Assembly (NCBI RefSeq): GCF_000020025.1
Contig: NC_010628.1
Span: forward strand, 6,510,001-6,542,000
Source of the DNA: Nostoc punctiforme PCC 73102
GTDB lineage: Bacteria; Cyanobacteriota; Cyanobacteriia; Cyanobacteriales; Nostocaceae
Direction of reading: 5' to 3'
Length of the DNA: 32,000 bases
Shown: piece after piece, positions 25,000 through 32,000 of the stretch
How positions within the stretch are numbered: position 1 is the stretch's first letter
Layout: every line of letters begins with the position of its first letter
Program-made: the position numbers and the translations under genes
The notes under the pieces: generated by a model
The model's input: the letters and a program-made list of their open reading frames with translations, nothing else
Databases searched by the model: none
Told to the model about the DNA's origin: nothing

Positions 25000-25342
25000 A
25001 AATTCTGTTAGATCGTTGGTAAATTAGTTCCGAGCTATTCTCGCAAAAGAGTATTTTTTATTCAAATAAAAAAGAATTAGCTCTCTTGGAACCCAACCCT
25101 GATAAGGTTCTATATTATGCTTCCCAATATTATTTTATAATTAATATCCATAACGATAAAGTTTCTATGAAACTTATTGCACAAGCAATTTCATCATCAA
25201 AATCAAATCGTATTTATTCTTACACTGACAGTAATTATTCTTGTGATTAATGTGATATCAACACAAATATAATCAAAGATATTTTTTATATAGTTCGATT
25301 TCAAAAATTTCGACTTATATGAAAATGTATTCAGAGAAAGTT

Positions 25343-25375
25343 AAATCCCCGACTTATCAAATAAGTCGGGGATTT
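25343..25375 (-). terminator. Perfect 15-bp stem-loop downstream of the hpnG-like gene
   Basis: AAATCCCCGACTTAT-CAA-ATAAGTCGGGGATTT. It lies 33 nt after the stop at 25408. The flanking T-run is poor on the minus strand, so terminator function is uncertain. Confidence 0.45.
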
Positions 25376-25407
25376 AAAAACCGCTAAGTGTGCTATTATT
25401 CAACAAA

Positions 25408-26115
25408 TTATTCCGGTCTATTACCAGAAAAGAGCATATTTGTAACTTGCTCTAACACCTTTAATGCTGTTAATGAACCTCGAATTAGCCGAGTAGCTGC
25501 AAGCGGTTGTCTAAGCATTGCCATCGCTAAAGAGAAAGGGTTTAGGGAACCATCAGAGTTAATTGCTGATGTGAGATCGGGGATATCGTGCTGACAATCG
25601 TCACTGACTACTCGCAGCATTGTCACGGCTACCCCACCCACATTGAAAAACTCTAAGGCAGTAAATCCTTCCATATCAACAACATCAGCCGCCAAAGTCT
25701 CACCCAAATGAAGTTTTTCGGCAGCAGACCAAATCATGCGATCGCTAGTTAATGACTTGACTAATGATACTTTTTCTGATAAAGAAGAGTGCAATTGTGC
25801 TGTGAATGTGCGATCGCATTCTAGAAGCTTCCCTTGATAAATACAATCTTGATACAGCACAATATCACCAACTCTGTAGCGATCGCTCAAGCTGCCACAG
25901 ATACCCATAATCAGCACCCTAGATTTGGGAGCTAAAAATTGTCCTTGGTGCAGATACTTAAGTAAGGGCTTCATCCCAACAGGTATGGCTACTACTGTTG
26001 GGATGGAACCAGTAACGCCGTTTAATCCGCGACAAACAGCTTTATATTCTGCTCCTTGAGGCACCAGAATAGTGTTGATGGGCAAAAAATTAGGCACTAG
26101 CCCTCTCACTCTCAA
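25408..26115 (-). CDS. hpnG: PNP/UDP-phosphorylase-family protein, HpnG-like (candidate adenosylhopane nucleosidase)
   Basis: Phosphorylase-fold segments ILVPQGAEY, VLIMGICGSL and ADVVDMEGF. Genomic context with hpnA and hpnH. The track start is TTG; GTG at 26097 or TTG at 26085 are alternatives. Confidence 0.65.
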   Translation of the reverse strand: MRVRGLVPNFLPINTILVPQGAEYKAVCRGLNGVTGSIPTVVAIPVGMKPLLKYLHQGQFLAPKSRVLIMGICGSLSDRYRVGDIVLYQDCIYQGKLLECDRTFTAQLHSSLSEKVSLVKSLTSDRMIWSAAEKLHLGETLAADVVDMEGFTALEFFNVGGVAVTMLRVVSDDCQHDIPDLTSAINSDGSLNPFSLAMAMLRQPLAATRLIRGSLTALKVLEQVTNMLFSGNRPE

Positions 26116-27061
26116 TATTCTGAAGTTTGCGTTTGGGTATTAACTCAAGGGTACGGAGGGCGATGTTGGCAAGTCTGGGTAGTAATTGTGGTTGGAGTAG
26201 TCGGTGGTCATACTTGCTCATCCGGCGCTGATTTTCTACTAGACAAATGCTGAGAAATTTTTCTAGTGTCAGGTCTTTGGTAAAGATGTCAGCACCTGTG
26301 ACAGCGAAGCCCGTTTTACTAGGATCATCATTGCCAAAGACAGCAATCAAATTACTGAGAGCCTTGCCGTATTGCCAGAGGGTTTTGGCGCTCCGTAATG
26401 GGATGAATCCCTGACCACGATGAATTTGTGTATAGGTAAACCAGTTGACAAAAAAAACAATATGACGTGTTTCTTCATCTATGATGGGATCAAAGATAGT
26501 GAAAATAGATTCTGGAAAAACATTAGCTTCACGGGCGATTGCAAATAACCCGTAAGCAAAGAAAGTATCCAGACACTCTTCAAAGCCAAAACGCGTAAAG
26601 ACTGACTCGATATTTTGGGGAACTTGAATTGGTTGACGTTTTGGTATTTCGATGCCGTAACGATCAATTAATGTTTGAAGTAGACGGGCGTGGCGTAATT
26701 CTTCTTCACCTTGGAGAGCGATCGCACTTTGTAAAATAGGATCGCTTACCGTTGCTGCGTAACCACTGACTATTGCTCCAGCTTGTCGTTCTGTATCCAG
26801 AGCTTTCTCCCAAAAGGGAATACTGCGTAAGAAACTCAAGGCTGTATCGTCCAAATCTGGCCAAGGGAGAGACTCAGGTTCGTATTCCCTGTAGCTTTCG
26901 GTAAAGCTCCGGCAGAATAATTCCTTATGCTCGACAGAACCAAGTTTCATCTTTGAAGTTTCCTTTTGTATTAAAGATTGGGTCATATCTGAGTGACAAT
27001 AAGTAATATTGCTGTTTAGTTGTAACCAAAGCTCGCAAGCCGAAGGTGATTGCTGTAGCAT
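26090..27061 (-). CDS. Ferritin-like di-iron carboxylate protein, function unknown
   Basis: Two ExxH motifs (EEELRHA and DEETRHI), each preceded about 30 aa upstream by an acidic helix (ALDTERQ, FEECLD). Alternative starts at 26986 (MTQSL) or 26950 (MKLGS). Overlaps the hpnG-like ORF. Confidence 0.7.
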   Translation of the reverse strand: MLQQSPSACELWLQLNSNITYCHSDMTQSLIQKETSKMKLGSVEHKELFCRSFTESYREYEPESLPWPDLDDTALSFLRSIPFWEKALDTERQAGAIVSGYAATVSDPILQSAIALQGEEELRHARLLQTLIDRYGIEIPKRQPIQVPQNIESVFTRFGFEECLDTFFAYGLFAIAREANVFPESIFTIFDPIIDEETRHIVFFVNWFTYTQIHRGQGFIPLRSAKTLWQYGKALSNLIAVFGNDDPSKTGFAVTGADIFTKDLTLEKFLSICLVENQRRMSKYDHRLLQPQLLPRLANIALRTLELIPKRKLQNIESERASA

Positions 27062-27100
27062 GACTAAATAATTGTGTCACCCACACGATAATTTTCCAAG

Positions 27101-29773
27101 ATGGTAAAGCTTCGTAACTCAAAATCTGCACGAGAAGTATTCAATATTTCTAAATTTGCGATTCAATTTTCGTGGCTGACGGTGAGTTTTTGGATTGCCG
27201 TAACGGTAGCTGGTATTCTGGCTTTCAGTTCCCTTAAGTACGCCTTATTTCCAGATATTACCTTTCCAGTCGTGGTTGTGAATGCTACAGCCCCCCTGAC
27301 AACTGCCTTGGATACAGAGACGAAGCTCACCAAACCCCTGGAAGAACGCCTCCGTTCTCTAGAAGGACTGGAGAATATCCGCTCATCCACCTATCCCAGT
27401 CAAACAGCCGTTAGCCTTTCTTTTGCCGTTGGTACGAATTTAGAAACATCAACCAAAAAGGTGGAAACTGCCCTCAAGCAGCTGACTTTGCCTCAAGGAG
27501 CGACTTCTAAAATTATTCCTCTGAACCTGAACGAGTCAGCCGCCATTAGCTATGCGATTGAGAGTCCCACCCGGAATCTTACAGATTTGACAAAGTTGGC
27601 GAAAGACGAGATTGTCAGTGCGATCGCTAAACTACCAGGAGTCCTGAAAGTCTCACTGTTAGGCGGTGCGACTGCAACTCCTCCCCTAAACCCATCGAAT
27701 CTGAGTGCAGCAGCCATCCCCCAAGCAGGCGCAACATTAGTTAGATTTAACGGGCAAGATGCACTAGCATTTCAGGTAATCAAACGCGGTAGCGCTAACA
27801 CCTTAGAAGTGGTGAGTCGAGTTGAAAAAGAAGTCCAAAGACTACGCTATACCCTCAAGGATGTCAAACTCACCTTAGCTGCTACCCAAGCAAAATATAT
27901 CCGCCAAGCCACCCAATCAACTATCGATGCTTTGCTCGAAGCAGTCTTGTTGTCCATTGTGGTAATTTTTCCTTTTTTATGGAATTGGCGAGCCACCCTA
28001 ATTTCTGCCTTGGCGATTCCTACGTCTTTGTTGGCGACGTTTATCGTCATGGCAATTTTCGGTTTCAACTTAGAAACAATTACGCTGTTAGCTTTAGCTT
28101 TGGTGATTGGGAGTATTGTTGATGATGCGATCGTGGATGTAGAAAACATCATGCGACACATTGAAGATGGAGAAACTCCTCGCCAAGCGGCACTTTTAGC
28201 AACCAATGAAATTGGATTAACAGTCACCGCCGCCACCTTGACAGCAGTAGCAGTTTTCCTACCCATAGGTTTGATGGGTGGGGTAATTGGGCAGTTTTTT
28301 AAGCCCTTCGGTATCACTGTTTCAGCAGCGATGCTTGCTTCTATGCTAGTTGCTCGGACTTTATCTCCAGTTCTGGCTATTTACTGGCTAAAACCTAGAC
28401 CCTCGCTTTCCCTGCGTCGGGAAGCAAGAAGTTGGGTGGCATTTGCCCAATCTTACAGAAATTTGCTGAGTTGGTCTTTGAATCACCGGAAGATAGTTGT
28501 CGGGTTAGCTGTACTCAGTTTTATTGCAGGTATAGCGCTAATTCCACTCATCCCCAAAGGGTTTATTCCCAAACTCGATCGCGGCGAATTCAATATTGCT
28601 TATACTGCTCCTTTACCGAGTATTCCCGATTTGGGTAGAGGGGGACAAGGGAGCAATATCCCCAATCCCCAATCCCCAATCCCCAATCCCTTAAACGATT
28701 CTCTTCAAGTTGCTAAAAAACTAGAAGATGTAGTCAGAAAATCACCAGCAGTTGAAACGGTATTTACTACTGTTGGTTCTCGTGAGGGTGAGCCGAATAA
28801 AGGCACACTATATATAAAGTTAAAGGAAGACCGCACAATCACAACTGGAGAACTACAAGATCAATTCCGCTCCACTTTACCTGTCCTTTCTGGGGTAACT
28901 ACCAGTGTGGAAGATATTCAGTTTGTTGATTCTGGCGGTCAAAAACCTCTCCAAATAGCTTTGCGCGGTGACGATCTTCAAGCCTTAAGTAAAGCAGTCA
29001 AGGCAATTAAAGAGAGAATTCAGAGATTGCCGGGATTTGCCGATGTCACAGTTACAGGTGAAACAAATCCTCAAGGTGAGGTTTTTCAGATCGAGCGTTT
29101 GAATAATCAGCGAGTAGCTTATGTCAGTGCTAATCTTGGCAAGGATCTATCTTTGGGTGATGCTACTGATAAAGTGGTAGCTGAAGCTAAGGCGGTGTTA
29201 CCTTCTAATGTTTCGTTAAATTTAGGAGGAGACTCAGCTAGCCAAGGTGAAGTTTTTAGCAGTTTTGGCAGTACTTTGGCTTTATCTGCCTTGTGTATTG
29301 TAGTGGTACTAATTTTGCTGTTCAAAAGCTGGGTAGACCCTCTGGTGATTGGTGTATCTTTGCCTTTAGCACTGGTGGGGGCAATGTTGGCACTACTGAT
29401 CACTAAGAGCGATTTTGGTATGATTTCGCTGATTGGTTTCGTCTTTTTGCTGGGGCTGGCCAATAAAAATGCCATCTTGCTTGTGGATTATATCAACCAG
29501 TTACGCAATGCTGGCACAGAACGCACAGAGGCAATCCTCAACACTGGATTAGTTCGCCTCAGACCAATTATGATGACTACTGCCTCCACCATTTTGGGGA
29601 TGCTACCGATCGCATTGGGTTTTGGTGCAGGTTCGGAATTGCGATCGCCTATGGCTGTAGCGATCGCTGGTGGGCTGGTAACTTCAACTATCCTCAGCTT
29701 GATTGTCGTGCCGGTAGTCTACACTATTTTAGATGATTGGTTTCCCCGCTTTCAGACGAGAGAGAGAAGTTGA
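27101..29773 (+). CDS. RND efflux transporter permease, AcrB/HAE-type, short form (890 aa)
   Basis: FPDITFPVVVV, GSIVDDAIVDVENIMRH and NAILLVDYINQ. Two 6-TM bundles. No adjacent membrane-fusion or outer-membrane gene in the window. Confidence 0.9.
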   Translation: MVKLRNSKSAREVFNISKFAIQFSWLTVSFWIAVTVAGILAFSSLKYALFPDITFPVVVVNATAPLTTALDTETKLTKPLEERLRSLEGLENIRSSTYPSQTAVSLSFAVGTNLETSTKKVETALKQLTLPQGATSKIIPLNLNESAAISYAIESPTRNLTDLTKLAKDEIVSAIAKLPGVLKVSLLGGATATPPLNPSNLSAAAIPQAGATLVRFNGQDALAFQVIKRGSANTLEVVSRVEKEVQRLRYTLKDVKLTLAATQAKYIRQATQSTIDALLEAVLLSIVVIFPFLWNWRATLISALAIPTSLLATFIVMAIFGFNLETITLLALALVIGSIVDDAIVDVENIMRHIEDGETPRQAALLATNEIGLTVTAATLTAVAVFLPIGLMGGVIGQFFKPFGITVSAAMLASMLVARTLSPVLAIYWLKPRPSLSLRREARSWVAFAQSYRNLLSWSLNHRKIVVGLAVLSFIAGIALIPLIPKGFIPKLDRGEFNIAYTAPLPSIPDLGRGGQGSNIPNPQSPIPNPLNDSLQVAKKLEDVVRKSPAVETVFTTVGSREGEPNKGTLYIKLKEDRTITTGELQDQFRSTLPVLSGVTTSVEDIQFVDSGGQKPLQIALRGDDLQALSKAVKAIKERIQRLPGFADVTVTGETNPQGEVFQIERLNNQRVAYVSANLGKDLSLGDATDKVVAEAKAVLPSNVSLNLGGDSASQGEVFSSFGSTLALSALCIVVVLILLFKSWVDPLVIGVSLPLALVGAMLALLITKSDFGMISLIGFVFLLGLANKNAILLVDYINQLRNAGTERTEAILNTGLVRLRPIMMTTASTILGMLPIALGFGAGSELRSPMAVAIAGGLVTSTILSLIVVPVVYTILDDWFPRFQTRERS
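28658..28690 (+). repeat. STRR1-type heptamer tandem repeat (ATCCCCA x 4.7) inside the RND coding sequence
   Basis: ATCCCCA ATCCCCA ATCCCCA ATCCCCA ATCCC read directly. Translated as NIPNPQSPIPNPLN. Confidence 0.9.
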
Positions 29774-30756
29774 TGCAAGTTTTTATCACGGGGGGTACGG
29801 GTTTTATTGGTGCCCACTTGGTACGGTTGTTACTGAAAGAGGGTTACACAGTCAAAGCGCTGGTACGCTCAAGTAGCAATTTGGAGAATCTACGCGGTTT
29901 GGAGGTAGAAATTGTCAAAGGCGATTTGAACGATCCAAATCTCTGGCAACAAATGAGAGGTTGTCAATATCTATTTCATGTCGCAGCCCATTATTCTCTG
30001 TGGCAAACAGACCGAGATTTACTTCACCATAATAATGTTCTGGGTACGCGCAATGTCTTGGTAGCAGCTAATAAAGCTGGCATTGAACGCACCGTTTATA
30101 CCAGTTCAGTTGCCGCAATTGGGGTAGGGCCGTTTGGCCAAGTGGTCGATGAAACACATCAGAGTCCCCTAGAAAAGTTGGTGGGTAACTACAAAAAGTC
30201 TAAGTTTCTGGCTGAACAAGAAGCCATGCAAGCCGTTGCTACAGGTCAAGAGGTAGTTATTGTCAATCCCAGCAGCCCTATTGGATCGTTAGATATCAAA
30301 CCTACCCCGACAGGTGATATAATCTTACGGTTTTTACGACGGCAAATGCCCTTTTATTTAGATACTGGTCTTAATTTTATCGATGTGCGGGATGTAGCGT
30401 GGGGGCATTTACTGGCCTTGCAACGAGGTAAGCCAGGCGATCGCTATATCTTAGGTCATCAAAATCTAAGTCTCAAAGAACTACTCGAACAACTTGCCGA
30501 TATCACAGGTTTGATCGCACCTCAACGCACAGTACCCGCTTGGTTGCCCTTTACTGCTGCCTGGGTTGATGAAAATATTCTCGCACCCTTGGGAAAATCG
30601 CCCTCAGTGCCATTGGATGGTGTTCGGATGGCGAAACAACCGATGTATTACAATGCTTCAAAGGCTGTACGAGAGTTAGGTCTACCTCAATCTTCGCTGA
30701 AAGCAGCACTCAAAGATGCTGTGGATTGGTTTGTTGCTCAGGGTTATGTCAAATGA
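29773..30756 (+). CDS. hpnA: Hopanoid-associated NAD-dependent sugar epimerase/reductase
   Basis: MQVFITGGTGFIGAHL Rossmann motif, YKKSK (YxxxK) and a VYTSSVAAIG segment. The ATG shares its A with the RND stop (TGATG at 29771-29775). The ORF track start at 29737 lies inside the RND gene. Confidence 0.85.
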   Translation: MQVFITGGTGFIGAHLVRLLLKEGYTVKALVRSSSNLENLRGLEVEIVKGDLNDPNLWQQMRGCQYLFHVAAHYSLWQTDRDLLHHNNVLGTRNVLVAANKAGIERTVYTSSVAAIGVGPFGQVVDETHQSPLEKLVGNYKKSKFLAEQEAMQAVATGQEVVIVNPSSPIGSLDIKPTPTGDIILRFLRRQMPFYLDTGLNFIDVRDVAWGHLLALQRGKPGDRYILGHQNLSLKELLEQLADITGLIAPQRTVPAWLPFTAAWVDENILAPLGKSPSVPLDGVRMAKQPMYYNASKAVRELGLPQSSLKAALKDAVDWFVAQGYVK

Positions 30757-30872
30757 AAAATATAGCGATTTATGTGTGGATGCAATAGACAGTAGGGGTG
30801 CAAGACCTTGCGGCCCTAAGAAGGTTTTATGTTTTCCTGTGGTGTTTTTATAAAAGAGGAGCGATCGCAACA

Positions 30873-31892
30873 ATGGCAGTTAATATACAACAAGCTATGG
30901 ATATCGGGAAGTATCTGGTTACTCAGCGTTTGAAAGGACGTAAACGCTTCCCCTTAGTATTGATGTTGGAACCTCTTTTTCGTTGTAATCTAGCCTGTAC
31001 TGGTTGTGGTAAAATCCAACATCCCAAGGAAATATTAAAGCAAAATCTCACCCCAGAACAGTGCTTTACCGCAGTGGAAGAGTGCGGCGCACCAGTTGTA
31101 TCAATTCCTGGAGGAGAACCTCTGCTACACCCCCAAATTGATGAAATTGTTCAAGGATTAATTGAGCGCAAGAAATATATTTACTTGTGTACCAATGGTT
31201 TGTTGTTAGAAAAGAGCCTGGATAAGTTTCAACCTTCACCTTACCTGACTTTTAGCGTGCATTTAGATGGAATGCGCGAGTTACACGATCATTGTGTAGA
31301 CCGCCAAGGTGTTTTTGATATTGCCGTCAAAGCTATCCGCGCTGCTAAAGCTAAAGGTTTTCGTGTCACCACTAACACAACTATCTTTGAGGGTACTAAA
31401 CCCCAAGACATGCAAGAGTTCTTCGACTTTTTGGAAACCCTAAATACTGACGGGATGATGATTTCTCCCGGCTACAGTTACGAGTGGGCACCAGATCAAG
31501 ATCATTTTCTCCACCGCGAACAAACCCGCACCCTCTTCCGGCAAATTCTGGCTCCCTACAAAGCTGGTGAAAAAAACTGGAACTTCAATCACAATCCACT
31601 GTTCTTAGATTTTCTTACTGGTGAAAAGGACTACGAATGCACGCCTTGGGGTAGCCCTAGTTATAGTGTTCTCGGTTGGCAAAAACCTTGTTATCTGCTG
31701 AACGAAGGTTATTACTCTACCTTCAAGGAATTACTGGCACAAACTGATTGGAGTCAATACGGACAGAAGAGTGGTAATCCCAAGTGTGCCGATTGCATGG
31801 TTCACTGCGGCTACGAACCCACCGCCGCAATGGATGCAATGCAACCGCAAAATATGGCGCGTGCCCTAGGCAGCGTGTTTGGCAGGAATTAA
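30873..31892 (+). CDS. hpnH: Adenosylhopane synthase (radical SAM)
   Basis: [21 protein letters not shown] (CxxxCxxC) close to the N-terminus. ATG at 30873 preceded by AAAGAGGA. The ORF track start at 30798 is unlikely. Confidence 0.9.
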   Translation: MAVNIQQAMDIGKYLVTQRLKGRKRFPLVLMLEPLFRCNLACTGCGKIQHPKEILKQNLTPEQCFTAVEECGAPVVSIPGGEPLLHPQIDEIVQGLIERKKYIYLCTNGLLLEKSLDKFQPSPYLTFSVHLDGMRELHDHCVDRQGVFDIAVKAIRAAKAKGFRVTTNTTIFEGTKPQDMQEFFDFLETLNTDGMMISPGYSYEWAPDQDHFLHREQTRTLFRQILAPYKAGEKNWNFNHNPLFLDFLTGEKDYECTPWGSPSYSVLGWQKPCYLLNEGYYSTFKELLAQTDWSQYGQKSGNPKCADCMVHCGYEPTAAMDAMQPQNMARALGSVFGRN

Positions 31893-32000
31893 TAATCAGG
31901 GGAAAAGGGGAAAAGGAACCCCATATTTAAAAACCTTGTTTTTACCCCTATCTTTTTAATCTCTTGCTTCGTTGTCAACCCGCCTTGGAATTTATTCCAA

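Noticed and set aside
27847-28317. 156-aa minus-strand ORF. Other antisense ORFs inside well-supported genes include 710..949, 3665..3874, 3864..4088, 5735..5998, 6804..7040, 9151..9366, 9717..9926, 9866..10066, 12362..12664, 13779..14033, 13958..14161, 26479..26667, 27163..27390, 28432..28638 and 29119..29475.
   Set aside because: Each lies wholly within a gene with strong motif support on the other strand or frame, and none shows motifs of its own.
28658-28690. Heptamer arrays (also 9461-9488, 524-543, 9537-9556 and 11743-11763) as CRISPR-like repeats.
   Set aside because: The units are 7 nt and directly tandem with no spacers. These are STRR-type microsatellites, not CRISPR.
27101-29773. 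Calling the RND protein HpnN.
   Set aside because: Its motifs are AcrB/HAE-type rather than what I recall of the MMPL-like HpnN family. The link to hopanoids rests on context only, so no symbol is assigned.
31899-31957. Possible terminator after hpnH (GGGGAAAAGG ... CCTTGTTTTTACCCC followed by TATCTTTTT).
   Set aside because: The pairing needs several bulges and the stem is weak. It is not convincing enough to list as a feature.

Overview
This looks like a chromosomal segment of a filamentous (Nostocales-type) cyanobacterium. The evidence is frequent HIP1 sites (GCGATCGC), STRR-type heptamer repeats and the gene content (CP12, PetC-like Rieske protein, hopanoid genes).

- **1-15.1 kb:** mostly conserved or housekeeping genes. 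These are a HAD hydrolase, Rieske protein, esterase, DUF697-type GTPase, cp12, tlyA, a class II amidotransferase, purE, nagA, an M50/CBS protease, a rhodanese and a LuxR-type regulator. Small repeats and MITE-like elements sit in the spacers.
- **15.15-23.2 kb:** an accessory defence/mobile island, with all cargo genes on the minus strand.
  - It starts with a decayed single-chain nuclease-methyltransferase-specificity (R-M-S) restriction gene with a Type IIB/AloI-like layout. The gene carries four independent lesions: a 1-nt frameshift, a 132-bp MITE, a 1003-bp IS and an in-frame TAG.
  - Next is an Uma2-family nuclease gene whose ATG overlaps the R-M-S stop codon, then a RelE/ParE-type toxin-antitoxin pair.
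  - Diverged direct copies of the last 80-150 bp of the specificity domain (two of the three also carrying a shared 3' UTR) bracket both small cassettes. A defective 1.74-kb IS hits the last copy.
  - This repeat-bracketed cassette arrangement is the most unusual structure in the window.
- **23.2-32 kb:** a GGDEF-EAL protein, then a hopanoid side-chain cluster. The cluster holds an hpnG-like phosphorylase, an uncharacterised ferritin-like di-iron protein, an AcrB-type RND pump coupled to hpnA, and hpnH.

I saw no rRNA, tRNA or CRISPR array by eye. All homology calls rest on motifs read from the translations. No database search was possible.
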